DNA of 63,873 bases, filler included, from Reticulomyxa filosa (GCA_000512085.1; 22 parts of 22 records of this genome joined end to end with filler, not necessarily neighbours in it); one strand, 5' to 3'. Positions 25,565 to 39,212 are shown, counted from the whole stretch's first letter. Translations and numbers: made by a program. The notes: a model not told the origin generated them from the letters alone.

Positions 25565-25943
25565 GCCGTCTATTTGAACACTTCCAAGGAACTTTTTTTC
25601 CAATTTTTATAAGTCTACACAACGTTGGGTGTATCACTGTACATTAATGATCTTGCCACTTTGATTTTTCTTTTTTTTTTTTTTTGCAGTTTGTCACTTC
25701 GAAAAACCAACAAGCATTTTTAAAAAAGATTACTCTTTTAATATTTTGTGAAGACAAAGAAAGGAAAAGTTGCGCCTTAGTTTTGTCACATATTTGCTGG
25801 ATTTAATCTTTCAAAAAACAATGAAAACCAAAAAAAAAAGTGCGTGATAAATACGACACGAAAAAGTTGCTTGGTTCCTTGTGGTAGACGGGTTGTTAGT
25901 TCACAACAACAACAATAAAAAAACCTTTTGAGGACATCAACAT

Positions 25944-26597
25944 ATGATAACAACAGCGTTTGGTTCACGGGGTTTAAATCCACTTCCCTTGTGCACCCCA
26001 CAAATAGCCAAAAGGTATCGTAAGAAGCCACCGAAAAAATTTTGGCGTTTCATGTGGGCGGGGCAATATCCTTACGGAAAAAGAGAGGACGAGACGGCGG
26101 AAGAGAAGAAAGTAAGACAAGAGAGAGTACTAAAGAATCGACGCAACGAAGGGAGAAATTTCATGGACTGGATGTATATGCCCCATTTACAATACATGTT
26201 ATCGCCGTCATCAATCGTGAAGCAAGAGATCAATAAGAGCTCACGAATAATCCGAGAAGTGTTGGAACTTCCCCGACGAATCACCACAATCGAAGAGTAT
26301 AAAAAGAGAAAAGAAAACAACACACTTACTTTTTCATGTCGTATGATATTTAAGACATGGAAGAAGTACCCAGAGCCCACATACTGGACAGTGGTACGAG
26401 TAGTACCCACAAGGCCAGCACGTGCCTATGGTGTCTTGACCTGGCGTGGAGTCGAAGAAAACTCCATTCGCAAAATTCCAAACGTTCGAAAAAGGGGTTG
26501 GATTTGGACATGTTGTCCCGAGTGGCTCCGTTGTGAGCCCACACAGTTGTCTGCTAACGTTTGGCAACCTTTCCTTCGTGACAAATTTGCAATCTGA
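25944..26597 (+). CDS. MRPS34: Mitochondrial small-subunit ribosomal protein mS34
   Basis: Intronless ORF with a basic targeting-like N-terminus; C-terminal TYWTVVRVVP..ARAYGVLTWRG....IRKIPNVRKRGW matches the MRP-S34 motif (YW..TRV....GKAWG.LT.KG......I......DW). Confidence 0.75.
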   Translation: MITTAFGSRGLNPLPLCTPQIAKRYRKKPPKKFWRFMWAGQYPYGKREDETAEEKKVRQERVLKNRRNEGRNFMDWMYMPHLQYMLSPSSIVKQEINKSSRIIREVLELPRRITTIEEYKKRKENNTLTFSCRMIFKTWKKYPEPTYWTVVRVVPTRPARAYGVLTWRGVEENSIRKIPNVRKRGWIWTCCPEWLRCEPTQLSANVWQPFLRDKFAI

Positions 26598-26971
26598 TCC
26601 AACCAACAAAAATACCTCTTTATATATCTCGATACTTACAAATCATTAAACACGATAATTTCTTCTTTGACCCTGTTAGCCATAAATAAGGCCTTTTTTC
26701 TTTTTTTTTGCTTGTAGCTAATGAAGCCACAAAATTTCGATATTCTTTTCATTTATTTCTTATTGACGGTTATAATATTGACACAAGTTGGATATAATCT
26801 CAACACAAATTGTAATGCTCTTTAAAACTTTGCAAAATAAAATCTTCTGCTTCTAACTGGGAAAAAAATTGTGCACATTTAACTTTTTTCACGCGGTTTG
26901 CGGAAGTCGACCGCGCCGAAAAAAATTCAAAAAAGGGCTGCGCTTCATTGATTAATAAAGTGGATTTTGCA

Positions 26972-27746
26972 ATGGCTTCATCAAAGTTGGATGGGAAGGA
27001 AGATGAAAAAGATTTCGCTCCACCAGATAATAATCAGAAGCAATTGGATACTTTTTTTGGAGAGCTTGAAAGTTTGTTTTGTTTTTTTTTTTTTTTTTTG
27101 CAAAAAGAAAACAACAATCAACGACAACAAAAAAAAAAAAAGAGAACCCAAGTGATGATCTATTGAATCGAATGGAGAGTTTTTTAGAGAAGCATTGTAA
27201 GAACTTGCATTTGATTCAAGACTCGTTTGCACAGCGAATGACAGTGAACACATGGGACAGCCAAGATGACTTTTTGTCATTGAACGTGTCGCCGTACGAA
27301 AACGTGGACAACCCAGTGGTCCTGATCCAAGACCAAACGGACAATACACATTATAACAAAATCGCAACGGCGTTGAGTGCACTATGTCAAGAGATGATCC
27401 AACTGGAGAAGATCGCAAAGACCAAATTCTATAACCCTTTGACGATGTACGGCATCATACCCCCCGCCGGCAATGAGCCGGGGGTCGATGACAAAAGCAA
27501 GAAAAACGACACGCAAGAGACACAAATGGGGAGGTTTGTTTTGTATTTGTTTCAATGTTTTTTTTTTTTCAACTCTATTTTTTTTTTAATAAAAAAAAAA
27601 AAAATATGTTTTCCAAAAAAAAAAAAAAAATTTGTCAAGGTTTTTGCCGTTTTTGCAAGAATTGCACAATTTCGTAAATCGCGTGTATGCGGTAATCAAA
27701 AACACAATCGAACAAATGGCTTTCTTATACGATCCAAAAGCCCCAG
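26972..27746 (+). CDS. WASHC4: WASH complex subunit 4 (SWIP/KIAA1033), N-terminal part, 3'-partial
   Basis: WD..D.LSL..SPYE...TDNTHYNKIATALSALCQEM..LEKIAKTKFYNPLTMYG...QMGRFLPFLQELHNFVNRVYAVIKNTIEQMAFLY; introns 27072-27142 and 27534-27639. Confidence 0.9.
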
Positions 27747-28049
27747 TTTATATATATATATATATATNNNNNNNNNNNNNNNNNNNNNNNNNNNNNNNNN
27801 NNNNNNNNNNNTTAATTAATTAANNNNNNNNNNNNNNNNNNNNNNNNNNNNNNNNNNNNNNNNNNNNCCAATTTTTAAAAATAAACCAGTTTTTTCAAAA
27901 AAAAGTGTTGATGGGGGCGGATGTAGTTCACTTTTTTTTATTCTGATCTTTGTAATGTTTGTGTTCCGAGAACAAACAACAAAGATTTACTAACACTCGC
28001 TTCTGTAACATAAAAGATGAAAATTGTGGAAATGAAAGAAAGCAGTAAA

Positions 28050-29320
28050 TGAGCGATTGAAGCAAGTATGATTCATATATTAACAGACGAGCTAAAGCAT
28101 ACCAGAAAGAACTACTACTACGACTATCACAGCCACATCGGCCAAAAAAAAAAATTTCAATATTATTTTCAAACCACGCCATCGAGGCTAACGTCCACAG
28201 CAACAAAGGGAAGCGCAAGACGGATAATTTGGAACTCTCTAATGATCACACTGTCGTGACCAAAACTAACTTGGTGACAATATCACTGCCATTCAAATTA
28301 TCAATAGACTGGTAGGTATGCGAGCGTGTTTGTTTCTTCTTTTCAAAACTCTAGTTGTGTGAATAAAGCAAAAAAATTAATCATAACAACAGCGGTGAAC
28401 TCACAAGTCAAAGTTCTGACAAAGTAGAAACAAGTGATGATATATGTGCGATAATGCGCAATTGACCGGCAGTGCAATGAATAAGATATGCAATAATGAC
28501 ATGTGAAACAGTCTGGAGATGATTGAAGCGGTGTACAACATGGCAAGTAGATAGATTGTAGTTAAAAATTAGAATATGGCCATTTGTTACAAATATGATG
28601 TTGCAGTTTTGTGAATGCTCATGCGAGCGTTTGCCATCGACGCAAAGGTCCAAGGTAATACCAATTCCAATCTGACACTTCTTCAATCTCATTGTATCGC
28701 TGATCCAAGTGTTGAAGAAATGTCAAAGGATAATTAACACATCTGACAATCAATGCGTCATATTTTGGGAATTTGAAATGCGATATTGAACAGTAAGTGC
28801 TTGAATCTCTTGAGCGTGTCTGCAGTATTGGGGTATGCATGATGGAAAAAAAAAAGACTTGCGAAATTGTTAATCTTATCACTCAGATCATAGTCGACAA
28901 TTATTCAAACTGATCGAAGAGGGCAACAGTACGAATTTTTTGTGTTACAGTCCTTGAAATAAGTTGACAGGAAAAATGGACGAAGAAAAGATAGTCAATG
29001 AGGAACACATGTATCAAATTATTTGGCTGAATTGCAAAAAAGTACTGAAACGGAAAATGCTTTGGAAATTACGATTGTCACTGTTGAAAACGAGATTTTG
29101 TTAATGGAAAAACTCAAAGCCATTGATATTGCTGCAATCGACAAAAACAGAAACAAATTAATTGAAAAAGACGAATTCATAAACTATTTTATCTCCAATA
29201 AGCTGCCAACACATTTTTACTAAGTTGGATACAAATAATGATGAAAACGTCTATCTGCAAGAATATACTCGTTGGCTAGACCAAGTGGCCATACAAGGCT
29301 TCGAGCGTTAAAACAATAAG
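28050..29320 (+). pseudogene. Decayed gene with a C-terminal EF-hand
   Basis: Multiple stops and frameshifts; IDKNRNKLIEKDEFINYF is an EF-hand-like loop near 29135-29190. Confidence 0.4.
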
Positions 29321-30078
29321 TAATCCGCAACATTGATATCGTTCATGATAAGAAAGATCATATTTTGCATACTTTCTTTTTTTGGTTTGGGTTTTATGCC
29401 ACTGTTCAGTGTTGTATAAAAATAAATATTGCAATCATCCTTTTTTTCGAATTCCTTCTTTTTTGTGAAAACAATAAAAGAACACTTTGCATTGCGAGAG
29501 ATTATTAAGTCATTTTCAAAAAATCAGTCTTATTGGACACGCTCTTTAGATGATATTCACACAAAATGAGTCCTGCAAAAGGAATAATTTAATGTTGCGC
29601 GTAGTCAATTCGTACTGCTGTGAGCTTCCTACATATCTGCACTTTTGATTTTCTTCAAAAGCTTTAATATCAAAATATTAAAGTTGCATCATTGCTACAT
29701 TCATACAGAACTGTCGTTTTTTGTCACGATCAATTTGCAATGATGGTGCTACAGAACAAGTGAACGGTCATTTTTCGGTCCACTGCTCATCACTATTTGA
29801 CCTGTTGTTCGTTCAGCCCTTGTCTCGTTTTCTTTGTCCAGGAAGGAGGCAAATAGATTCATGCTCACTTTNNNNNNNNNNNNNNNNNNNNNNNNNNNNN
29901 NNNNNNNNNNNNNNNTTAATTAATTAANNNNNNNNNNNNNNNNNNNNNNNNNNNNNNNNNNNNNNNNNNNNATAACAAATAACAGTGTTTATTATGAATT
30001 GTGTGTGAAAAAAAAACACACGCTTGAAGAAGAAAAAAAAAAACACCACAACCATAAACAGTCTATATATATGTATTC

Positions 30079-31791
30079 TTATAAATGCTTAGAAACGTTA
30101 GCAATAGCAATAGAAATCAACAAAACAGAAATTATCCACAAGGAACATAACATATTAACAAGTTTTGGATTTTGTGCACATATAAAACACCCTCCGAAAG
30201 TGATTGCGAGGATAATGACAACAAAAATGCTCAAACATATGATTGCAACTGCTGACTGTCTGTAATTATACTTATCGCTGAATTCAGCCAAAGAAAATGA
30301 CAATATAAAAACTCCGTAGCTAAAAAAAAAAATGACAAAAATTTTTCTTCGGATGACCTCATTCACGTCTTCGTGATCATTAATTTGGAGGTAGTCGACA
30401 TTGGTTTGCTCTTGATCTCTGTAAGCCGGAATGTTGTGGCTTTCTAGTAAGGGGAAAGTTTGATCGCTCGATTGCAAAGAATTGGATGAAAGGAATGGAA
30501 TGATTTTAGACAAGCTGTAAGTAGTTGTAAAATTGCTTCCACTTATTTCGGAAATTAGTGATTTCAACTTTGTATTCAAGGTGTATCCTTGCGCGTGATC
30601 TCAGTGTTCGACAATGCTTAGAGCCGGATTGTCATCTCTCTGTTGCACAGCAACTCGCAAAGGGATGTTATATTGGAGCAGATACAAATGTTGATTACGA
30701 CGTACACCATCGGTAATCCAATCAGGAAAAAATGTATAATTGGTAATAATGAGGGCCACTGTGAGAATCAAGAAGCTACGAAAGTCATTCAATTTCATGT
30801 AAAAGTTGCACGAGCAGCTGCAAGCAATAGATTGATTGAAACCATACGAGGCTTTGTCCCAGCCATTGGTATGTAGCTGTTGTTGGAGTACGTAACCAAA
30901 GGCCAGAGATATAGCCGCAACACTGCTGACTAAGATTCGCAAGAAGGCAACCATCCAACTGCTATAGATACATATAAACCTGCTCTTTTTGCAACGCATT
31001 CTGGATACATTACATATACTTGCAACACACGTCCATACGCTTGCAACACATGTCCATATACTTGCAGCGCATGTCCATAATAAAAAAATAATAATAGAGG
31101 CTGTGCACAGAAAAGGTAACAAAATTAAAAGCCAGCAACACAAGGCGCAATGATTCTTAAAACATTTGTTGGGCGTGTGCTCTTCAAGATATGAAAGAGG
31201 ATCTGCCACTATCTTTGGATAATTTCCACTTCTCATGATATGATTCCATGTGAAATTTGCTCTCCCATTCCGACACAATAAATTGCAATCGTGCAAGATC
31301 ATAAAAAAACAATACAATAAAGTAAGTATAAAAACCCATAACCACATGTTATTCATTGCATTAAAATCAAACAATGTTTTATCGTGATCGTGCAACTTAG
31401 CAATTTCATAACAATTCCACGACGAATATAAAGCCGTCTCTGATTCCGGAGTCGTCTCAATTTCAGAGTTGTTATACAACAATGTTTCATTTTGTGCCAA
31501 AGATGCCATTTCCTGAGCCATATTGTTACAATATCTCTCTGCATCGTTTGTGAAAATACCTTCTGGTGTGCATATGATTCCATCATATACCTTATGCTGG
31601 CTGTCGTAGTGAAGAACTTTCACTCCATCCACAGTTGCAAAAAATGTGTACACAGTTGACACCGATGCTGCTAGGACCACTCCGGAAAACACAATTTGCA
31701 AATATGAGCCTTTTCGATGGCAAAACTCTGCATAACAAGTCTCTTTCGGTTTTGGAATTTTGACTTGTGACTGTAAAGACGTTAAGTTCAT
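30079..31791 (-). CDS. Intronless multi-pass membrane protein with one in-frame TGA (30601-30603)
   Basis: ORF 31791-30601 (about 5-6 TM, Cys-rich loops) continues in frame past the TGA (..SIVEH*DHAQGYTLNTK..) into 3 more TM helices ending at 30079. Confidence 0.65.
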
Positions 31792-32949
31792 GTCTCGAAA
31801 ACAAAAAGTTTCCCAAAAGCAGAAGCAGACTTTGTAAAAAAAAAGGTCATTTTTTCTAAGTTCTACTGTTAAGGTTTTTAATTTCTTTAAATATCTTCTT
31901 ATTCAATTCGACAGNNNNNNNNNNNNNNNNNNNNNNNNNNNNNNNNNNNNNNNNNNNNTTAATTAATTAANNNNNNNNNNNNNNNNNNNNNNNNNNNNNN
32001 NNNNNNNNNNNNNNAATCTCTATCATCAATAAAAATGCGTTTTTTCATTAAGCTTATTTTTTGGTGCAACAAACTTACTTCTTACTTTTTTACTTTTTTT
32101 TGCTTTCGTTTTACGAAGCTCTGATTTTATTTTTAGTAAACACCTTTTGTATTACAGTTAGTGCACCAATACTATCAGCAGACGTCCCACAAATGTAAAT
32201 TTTAAATGTATATCAATTTAAGTAAGACTTTGGCCATTACTCTTTACAACTAAGTTCGAAACTTAGTCAAAACAAAACATATACTTTATCAATATGTGGA
32301 TTAGACGACAAATTATATATGAATATTGAAGCAAAATGTGTATATTATTTTAAACAATTTCCAAGACCTAGCAAAATATTAAATTTTATGGTAAATCAAA
32401 GAATAACATACATTGGAGATGAAGATTGATTATATTAAATATAAAATTTAGTAAAATGTAAAGAGATTGTATTTTCATCAGGTGAGACTTTATTCCATTT
32501 CCACTGGTGTCGGTATCCAATGTTTGCATAAGTATCCCATACTTTACATTCAACAGGTAAATTGCTCTATTTCTCAATGATGCAATCGTTTGACCGTATG
32601 AAAACGAATAAACAAAATTTGTTAAAAAAATGTATCAAATAAAAATCATTGATAGAGTTTAAAAAAAGACAGTAAAGCAATTTGTATGTTAAAAATGTTA
32701 CAATTTAAATGAAAGTTTTTTCAATTTGATTTTTTTTTACTTTTGTTCAAGCGCTACTAGCTATAATATAAATATAGCATAAAAATTTTTGAAAGATTTT
32801 TTCCAAAACAAACATTATTTTGGTTAAAAGCTGCAAATACAAAAAGAAATAACTAATAATACAAAATAAAATGCACAAGGCAGTCAAACAGCAACAAAAA
32901 CGGTAAAATTTGAAAAAACTTAAAATTGTGTCGGAAAAAGTATTTAACC

Positions 32950-33135
32950 TTTTCAAACAATTAGTAAAGATTTAATAAAAAATCAAAATCATGTTTAAAA
33001 ACTACACGATTTGTAGATATTATTTTTAAATGAAAAAAATTAGGTCTGGATGTTGTTTTTTCATAAAGAAAGCCAATAATCTCTATGAGATGCCGTTTTA
33101 TGTGTCAACTTTCTTTTGCATTCTACTGCATATAA
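32950..33135 (-). repeat. Dispersed ~200-bp AT-rich repeat, copy 1
   Basis: Reverse complement shares CAGTAG..AAAAGAAAGTTGACAC..AAAACAACAT..AATATCTACAAATCGTGTAGTTTTTAAA with 51190 and 60739. Confidence 0.75.
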
Positions 33136-33359
33136 ATGCGCAATTTTGTTGGATTACTTGAAATAAATTTGTGTGTGTGNNNNNNNNNNNNNNNNNNNNN
33201 NNNNNNNNNNNNNNNNNNNNNNNTTAATTAATTAANNNNNNNNNNNNNNNNNNNNNNNNNNNNNNNNNNNNNNNNNNNNCAGGAATTAAAAAGCCTTTAA
33301 AAAATTATGGGATATAATATATACATATATATATATGTATATATATGTGTATATGTATA

Positions 33360-33698
33360 CGTATGCTCGTTGGTTGGTGACTTAACTTTTGTACGCTTGA
33401 AGGTATAGTTCGATGGGTCTAAGAACCCTTTGAAACGGGACAATGAACTGCCCTCGAAGCCTAGTGGAAGTAACCAGCTTTTCGACTTTTTCGCTGTCTC
33501 TGTTGTATCGGCATTTTCGTTTATTATCGATGACTTTTCTTTTGCTTCTTCGCTTGCTTGTGTTGCGCTGCTCGTTTTCAAAAGTCTATTGGGCAGTTGT
33601 CCAAATGGATTCCATAGATAACGGTAATGACAATACGGTAGGGTCGTGTTGGGAACATACACCCTGCTATTTCGGATTAGAACCTTTTGACTAAACAT
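33360..33698 (-). CDS. Hypothetical protein, first exon, possibly mitochondrion-targeted, 3'-partial
   Basis: ATG at 33698; Arg/Ser-rich, acid-free N-terminus; runs into a (TA)n-rich intron. Confidence 0.55.
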
Positions 33699-35074
33699 TT
33701 CAGATTATTAGTCCTTCCCCTTTTTGTCAAAAACCTCTCAGAAAGAAAGTTGATGAATACAACAGAATCGTTGCTGAAAAAGCAACTAAATCGTTTTGCA
33801 ATTGTGCTTATTCACTAAAAAATTCAAGAATTCACAATTTTCGACAGTATAAACATAATATTTAAAGTTTTTTAAAATTCTTTTGCGCGTTTTATTAGAA
33901 CCAGGTTTTTATTGCTGGTGTTAAAAGATAAAAATTAAAATGACTTTAAAAATATGTTGATACTTTTTGGACTTTCATGAATTGGTAATTCATTAATTTT
34001 TTTAAAAAAAGAAAATCCAATAACATAAAAAAGAATTATTACTCGTGTTTTCTGATTAAATTTTTTGCGTTGTAATTTGGCAGATGAACTTGACAAGTAG
34101 CAACTGTTGTTACAGAAAAGTTTTTTATTTTTGGCAGATATATATACGAAATAAGTACAAATAAAAGATGTTTTTAAATAATGTTTAAATCACTTTAAAT
34201 TATTCCAATTTATTTCAACAACAAAAGCAAAAATCACAATGGATTGATAATTTTCTTTGTCTGCATCTTGTCACATGTTGACTAAAATTCTCAAATTAGT
34301 TAAAAATAAGTTGTGCTTTTGATGTCACTCGAAATTGCGTGTTTTTGCTGCGTTGCTAAAAAAGATAACTTTTATGGATAAAAGAGAACACATCTAAATC
34401 ATACCGAATTTTTCAATACCATCAATGCAAAAACTAGAAAACTTTCATTAAAAGAAAACGAAAAGATTGAAAGAGAAGCAAGGATTTCCACTTATTTTGA
34501 GCAATCATTGTTTATAAATACAAGAGAAAGCGTTTTCATTTTATTAGTCCTTTAAGAAAAAAACTTGTTGACGTAGAGCTGAAAACGTGAACTTTTACAA
34601 AAAAAAATTGCGGAAAAAAGTTTGATGTAAGCATTACCCTTTTCCTGTCTTTTTCGTTTTCTTAAGCTCTGGAGAAAATGAAAGTAACCGAATTTTTTTG
34701 TTCAATGTTTGATATAACGTACATTTTTCATTACCTGGAAAATTAAACAACAAATGAGAAAAAAGTTGCAAGCTTAGGAAAAAAACCCCTTTGTAAAGGA
34801 CCAAGCCTGCAAAAAAAAAATATAACATTACAAAATAAGCCATAAAAAGCTAATCAGTAAACAATTAAGTGTAACAAATACACATAAATAGAAGTATCTG
34901 TTACCAACAAACAAACAACAAATGTAGCAACAATGATATGGACAGAAACGAAAAACGAAAAAAAAAAATGTTTAAAACACAAGAGAATAAAAAAAATCTT
35001 TTGCAGTGTTCAACTAAAAAATGAACCAAAAAGATAAATGGCAGGAAAAAAAAGCGGAGTGTGGTCATTCCAAC

Positions 35075-35444
35075 TTAGCCAATGGTCTGCCAGTTTTGTG
35101 CAATTTTTGGAGATGCACAGCACATGTTTTCTTGTTTGTTGATCACTGATTCTTCTGCTGGTGTTACACATTTATCCGTTGCAGTTGTGGTCGTTTCTTT
35201 GTTGGTGTCCACGTACAAAGGCAATATTCTTGTTTCACATTCTTTTTCCAATTCTAACAGCTGCATTTCAACAAATTGCATCAATGTTCCAACAAATTCC
35301 TGAATTGAGTTTTTATTATTTTGTTCATTTATTTAGTTGTTTGTTTCTTTGAAGAAAGGAAAATAAGTCGTAACATGGGATTGACGTTAGGGAGGATCAG
35401 CCCACATTAGTGTTTTTTGCACTTACCTCAAGAGGAGCGTCCAT
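35075..35444 (-). CDS. Small two-exon hypothetical protein (about 80 aa)
   Basis: ATG GAC GCT CCT CTT GAG|GTAAGT (exon 35444-35427), intron ending in CAG, then in-frame EFVGTLMQFVEMQLLELEKECE..QTIG*. Confidence 0.5.
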
Positions 35445-36391
35445 TGTTCGACAAATAATTTAAAAAATTGAAAAGGCACCAAACAATGGTTCGGAAAAAG
35501 AAGAACAAGAATTAATAATCTCCAGCAGAACAGAGACAACCGAAAGGGGAAAATCAAAAAATTTTTTTTTGAAAGAGTTAATTAGGAACACTTGCTTTAA
35601 ATTGTTTTAAATTTAAAAATTTTATTTTCTGTGCTTACTTTTGTAATAATTCACATAAATTCATTGAATATTCGCTTAACAACACAGAATTGAAGTGCTT
35701 AAAAAAACGGGAGCTGAACGAATTATCGAGCATGCACTGCTTTTCATGTTGTTGTAAGAAATTGCAAAATATCACTGTAAAGTATGATGAGATTGAAGTT
35801 ATGTCGATTGTGTTTCATCTTGAACACCAAAACCTTACCTGGCCACAAAACAATTAATAAATATAAGAATAACTAGTTATTTTTTAAAATAACAAATATG
35901 TTACGTGATCTTTCTTATTGCATAATTGCTCTACTGAAACGTAATTGTAAAAGGAAAAAATAAACTATGTTTTTTTTTAAATTGTGGGTCATTTCATATT
36001 TTTTTTGAACATGTTTTTAAAAATGACCCAGTTTTATTCAAAGAAATCAAAAATGTTTTTTTTTAAATCAGTTATTGTATTATTTATTTGTTTTGTCAAA
36101 AATATATTAAAAAATGAGTTAAACCAACAAGTGACAAGGGGGAACGTAGTTCCATTTTTTTTNNNNNNNNNNNNNNNNNNNNNNNNNNNNNNNNNNNNNN
36201 NNNNNNTTAATTAATTAANNNNNNNNNNNNNNNNNNNNNNNNNNNNNNNNNNNNNNNNNNNNTTTTGCTTCCTTCTTTGTTATGGTGGTACGTATAACAC
36301 CATACGTAACGCATACTTATACGACGTATAATTCTATTGCACATTTCCATGTACCTTGTGCGGGGGGGGGGGGGGGAAAAAAAACGATAAG

Positions 36392-37351
36392 TGACCATGC
36401 CATCAAGCATCCTGATTTGGCTGGAATTGTTTTCACTGGTTCAACGGCAGTGTTTCGACAAATTTGGGAAACCATTGGAACAAACATTGGAAAATACAAA
36501 AGCTATCCTCGCATTGTCGGTGAAACAGGTGGCAAGAATTTTCACATGGTTCATGCATCGGCAGATGTTGACAATGTAGTGAATAGCACTATCCGTGGTG
36601 CGTTTGAGTATCAAGGACAAAAGTGCAGCACAACCTCGCGAATGTATGTACCACGGTCATTGTGGAAAACGATGAAAGAAAAGTTAGTCGGGGAAACACA
36701 AAAAATCAAAATGGGACAGCCGGATGACTTTAGTGCGTTTATGTCCTCCGTCATTGACGGCAATGCTTTCAAAGATATTAGCGCGTACATTGAGCATGCG
36801 AAAAATGACAAGTCATGCAATATCATTGTCGGTGGCGATTGTGACTCCATCAAGGGCTATTTCATTTCACCCACAATTATCGAAACCACCGATCCTAAGA
36901 CGAAGACGATGCAAGAAGAGATTTTTGGACCCGTTCTCACTGTCTATGTTTACGAAGACAACAAGTTTGAAGAGACACTTGAGTTAGTCGATCAAACCAG
37001 TGAGTATGCGTTGACTGGCTCCATCTTTGCTCGTGATCGCAGAGCGATACATTTAGCCACCCAGAAATTAAGACATAGTGCAGGCAATTTTTATGTCAAC
37101 GACAAAAGTACTGGCAGCATTGTTGGTCAACAACCATTTGGAGGAGCAAGAGCCTCTGGTTATTTTGCATTCTCTCTTTTTCGTCACTATTCTAAATTCC
37201 TATCTGTTGTTTGATTCTTGTGTTTATAGGCACAAATGACAAAGCTGGATGGGCTACCATCTTTAACAGATTTGTTAGTTTACGAACCATCAAAGAAAAC
37301 TATCTTCCTACACAAGATTGGAGATATCCACACATGAAAACAGAATCCTAA
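36392..37351 (+). CDS. ALDH4A1: Delta-1-pyrroline-5-carboxylate dehydrogenase, C-terminal half, 5'-partial
   Basis: FTGSTAVF, YPRIVGETGGKNFH, AFEYQGQKCS (catalytic Cys), EEIFGPVL, YALTGSIFA, GNFYVNDKSTGSIVGQQPFGGARASG|TNDKAG...RTIKE; intron about 37159-37229. Confidence 0.97.
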
Positions 37352-37780
37352 TACTAAGAGGTGAAGCTGACTTTGAGCATCCATCACATCATTGAAGTTT
37401 TTTTCTCCCTTTTTTCTCTTTTTTTCGTTTTTTAACACTTTTTGGTTTCAATGTAACTTTATTTAGATTAGGTTAGTATGAGTGTAAGAATCAATATTGA
37501 AATGATTTTGCTTGAATTTAGAAATTACTATTTTTACAACAGTAATGACGAAAACAAAAACAATATTAATTGGCAAATTATGTTTGAAACATTAGCTGTT
37601 TAAGAAATTAATTTCATATAGACAAGCGAAAAAATCTTTTTACACATGAACGTAAATTAACACTTTTATTAATGTAGTGGCAAAAATGTCACTTTGCAAA
37701 TGCATTTTTTATCAAAAATAGCAAGGATAGACATTAAAAAGATCATCCCCAGTCCTTTTTTTTTTTTGGATGGATGACCC

Positions 37781-38985
37781 TTATTCCAAGCCACCATCCA
37801 GATCTTCATTAAGACCAGCCTCTTTCAAAAAATAAATTTCTTTGCTCAAAATGCGACAGACCAAACAAATTCGACGATACTGAGCGTCAAAATGTCGAAA
37901 AGATAGAGCCATACAAATACTAGAAATGACGACCTCTATCACCAAAGCCAATGGGGCAATGTAATAATAGACCACTCCAACGCATATGCTGCTCACGAGC
38001 ACACCAACAATGCACAAGTTGGTAAGCTTAAAAATCAAATACATTAAGCGACTGGTCCGAGTTTTAGTCAATCGAGTTTGCTTTCGGATATTAGTAAGCA
38101 TTCTTTGAACAGAATTTTCTTTACTGATCTGCTTGGTCAAACTGGTGTTAGGATTTAAAAATGATGGTTCGAGTTCTACATAATGATCACTGCCAACGCT
38201 TGCAAGCAAAGGAGTAGATTTATTGGTTTCATTTGCTGTGGCCAGATTAATAGTTTGAACAAGTTTGAAGATAAACAAGGACGTGAAAACAAGAGCCCAA
38301 AAAATATCTTGAAACAGAGCCCAATACATGGAATACAGCACCCCTGCCGGGATTTTATCCTATCAAAAAAAAAAAGTATACATGATCATATGTTAGCACT
38401 TACTCTGTTCAATTTAAAAGTATGTTGCAAAATAGAGTGCTCTACAGTCCAAGCTTACTTTAGCACGGCAGTGCATGATGAAAACGTACTCGACACAATA
38501 GCTCACCAACGCTGACAAAATGTGATAAAGCAAGCAACCATCACACCAATAATCAATTTTAACGGGACAAGCAAATTGCTATCCATGAAGGAAGCATAAA
38601 GTCGGAGTAGATAAAATACATAGCACAGATATCTGCCTATAAACAGTGGTACCATTGTCCATTGACGGACCCAACATGAAACATTCCAACCTTGATCACC
38701 CACAAGCGGGAAAATGCCGTACACCACATATTGTCCCGTACAAAATATATAATTTGATGTCAATGCAACAATAAACACTGTTATTATACGCTGATAGATT
38801 TTTGGGGCTGGTGTGTCTTCTTCTGATTTCTTTGTAAAGTAAAATCTCTGCAAACTTACTACGTACAGACAAGTGATAATGATAAAAGTAATAGGAAAAA
38901 GGATTATCGCAATATCTGCTGCTAACTTTGATTGATAAAAATCGTCATATTCCATATTTTTGAAAAGTACTGCTCCTTTCGACAT
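37781..38985 (-). CDS. Seven-TM GPCR-like membrane protein (multi-exon)
   Basis: About 7 hydrophobic helices over ORFs 38503-38994 and 37781-38341; GPCR-like features (Cys before TM3, YLLRL, long TM5-TM6 loop, LSF...Y..IC..C helix 8). Confidence 0.7.
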
Positions 38986-39212
38986 TGCTGACAATGATCA
39001 CTATATGATTCCGTCTTGCAAATGTAGAAGGGGACCTCACCGCTCAACTTTTGCGTCTTCAACGTTTTTAAACTATTACATTTTTTGTTGAATCCAACAG
39101 AAAACAGAAAAAATTAAATAAGTCATTTATTATTGATAATCAATTGGACTGTTATAAACCCGCATTTTATTGAACGAAGGCTGTGGAAAGTTGGACAAAA
39201 CAACTTTTAATG

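Noticed and set aside
30601-30603. Alternative genetic code (TGA reassigned)
   Set aside because: TGA serves as a normal terminator for several clear genes here (22564, 26597, 54907).
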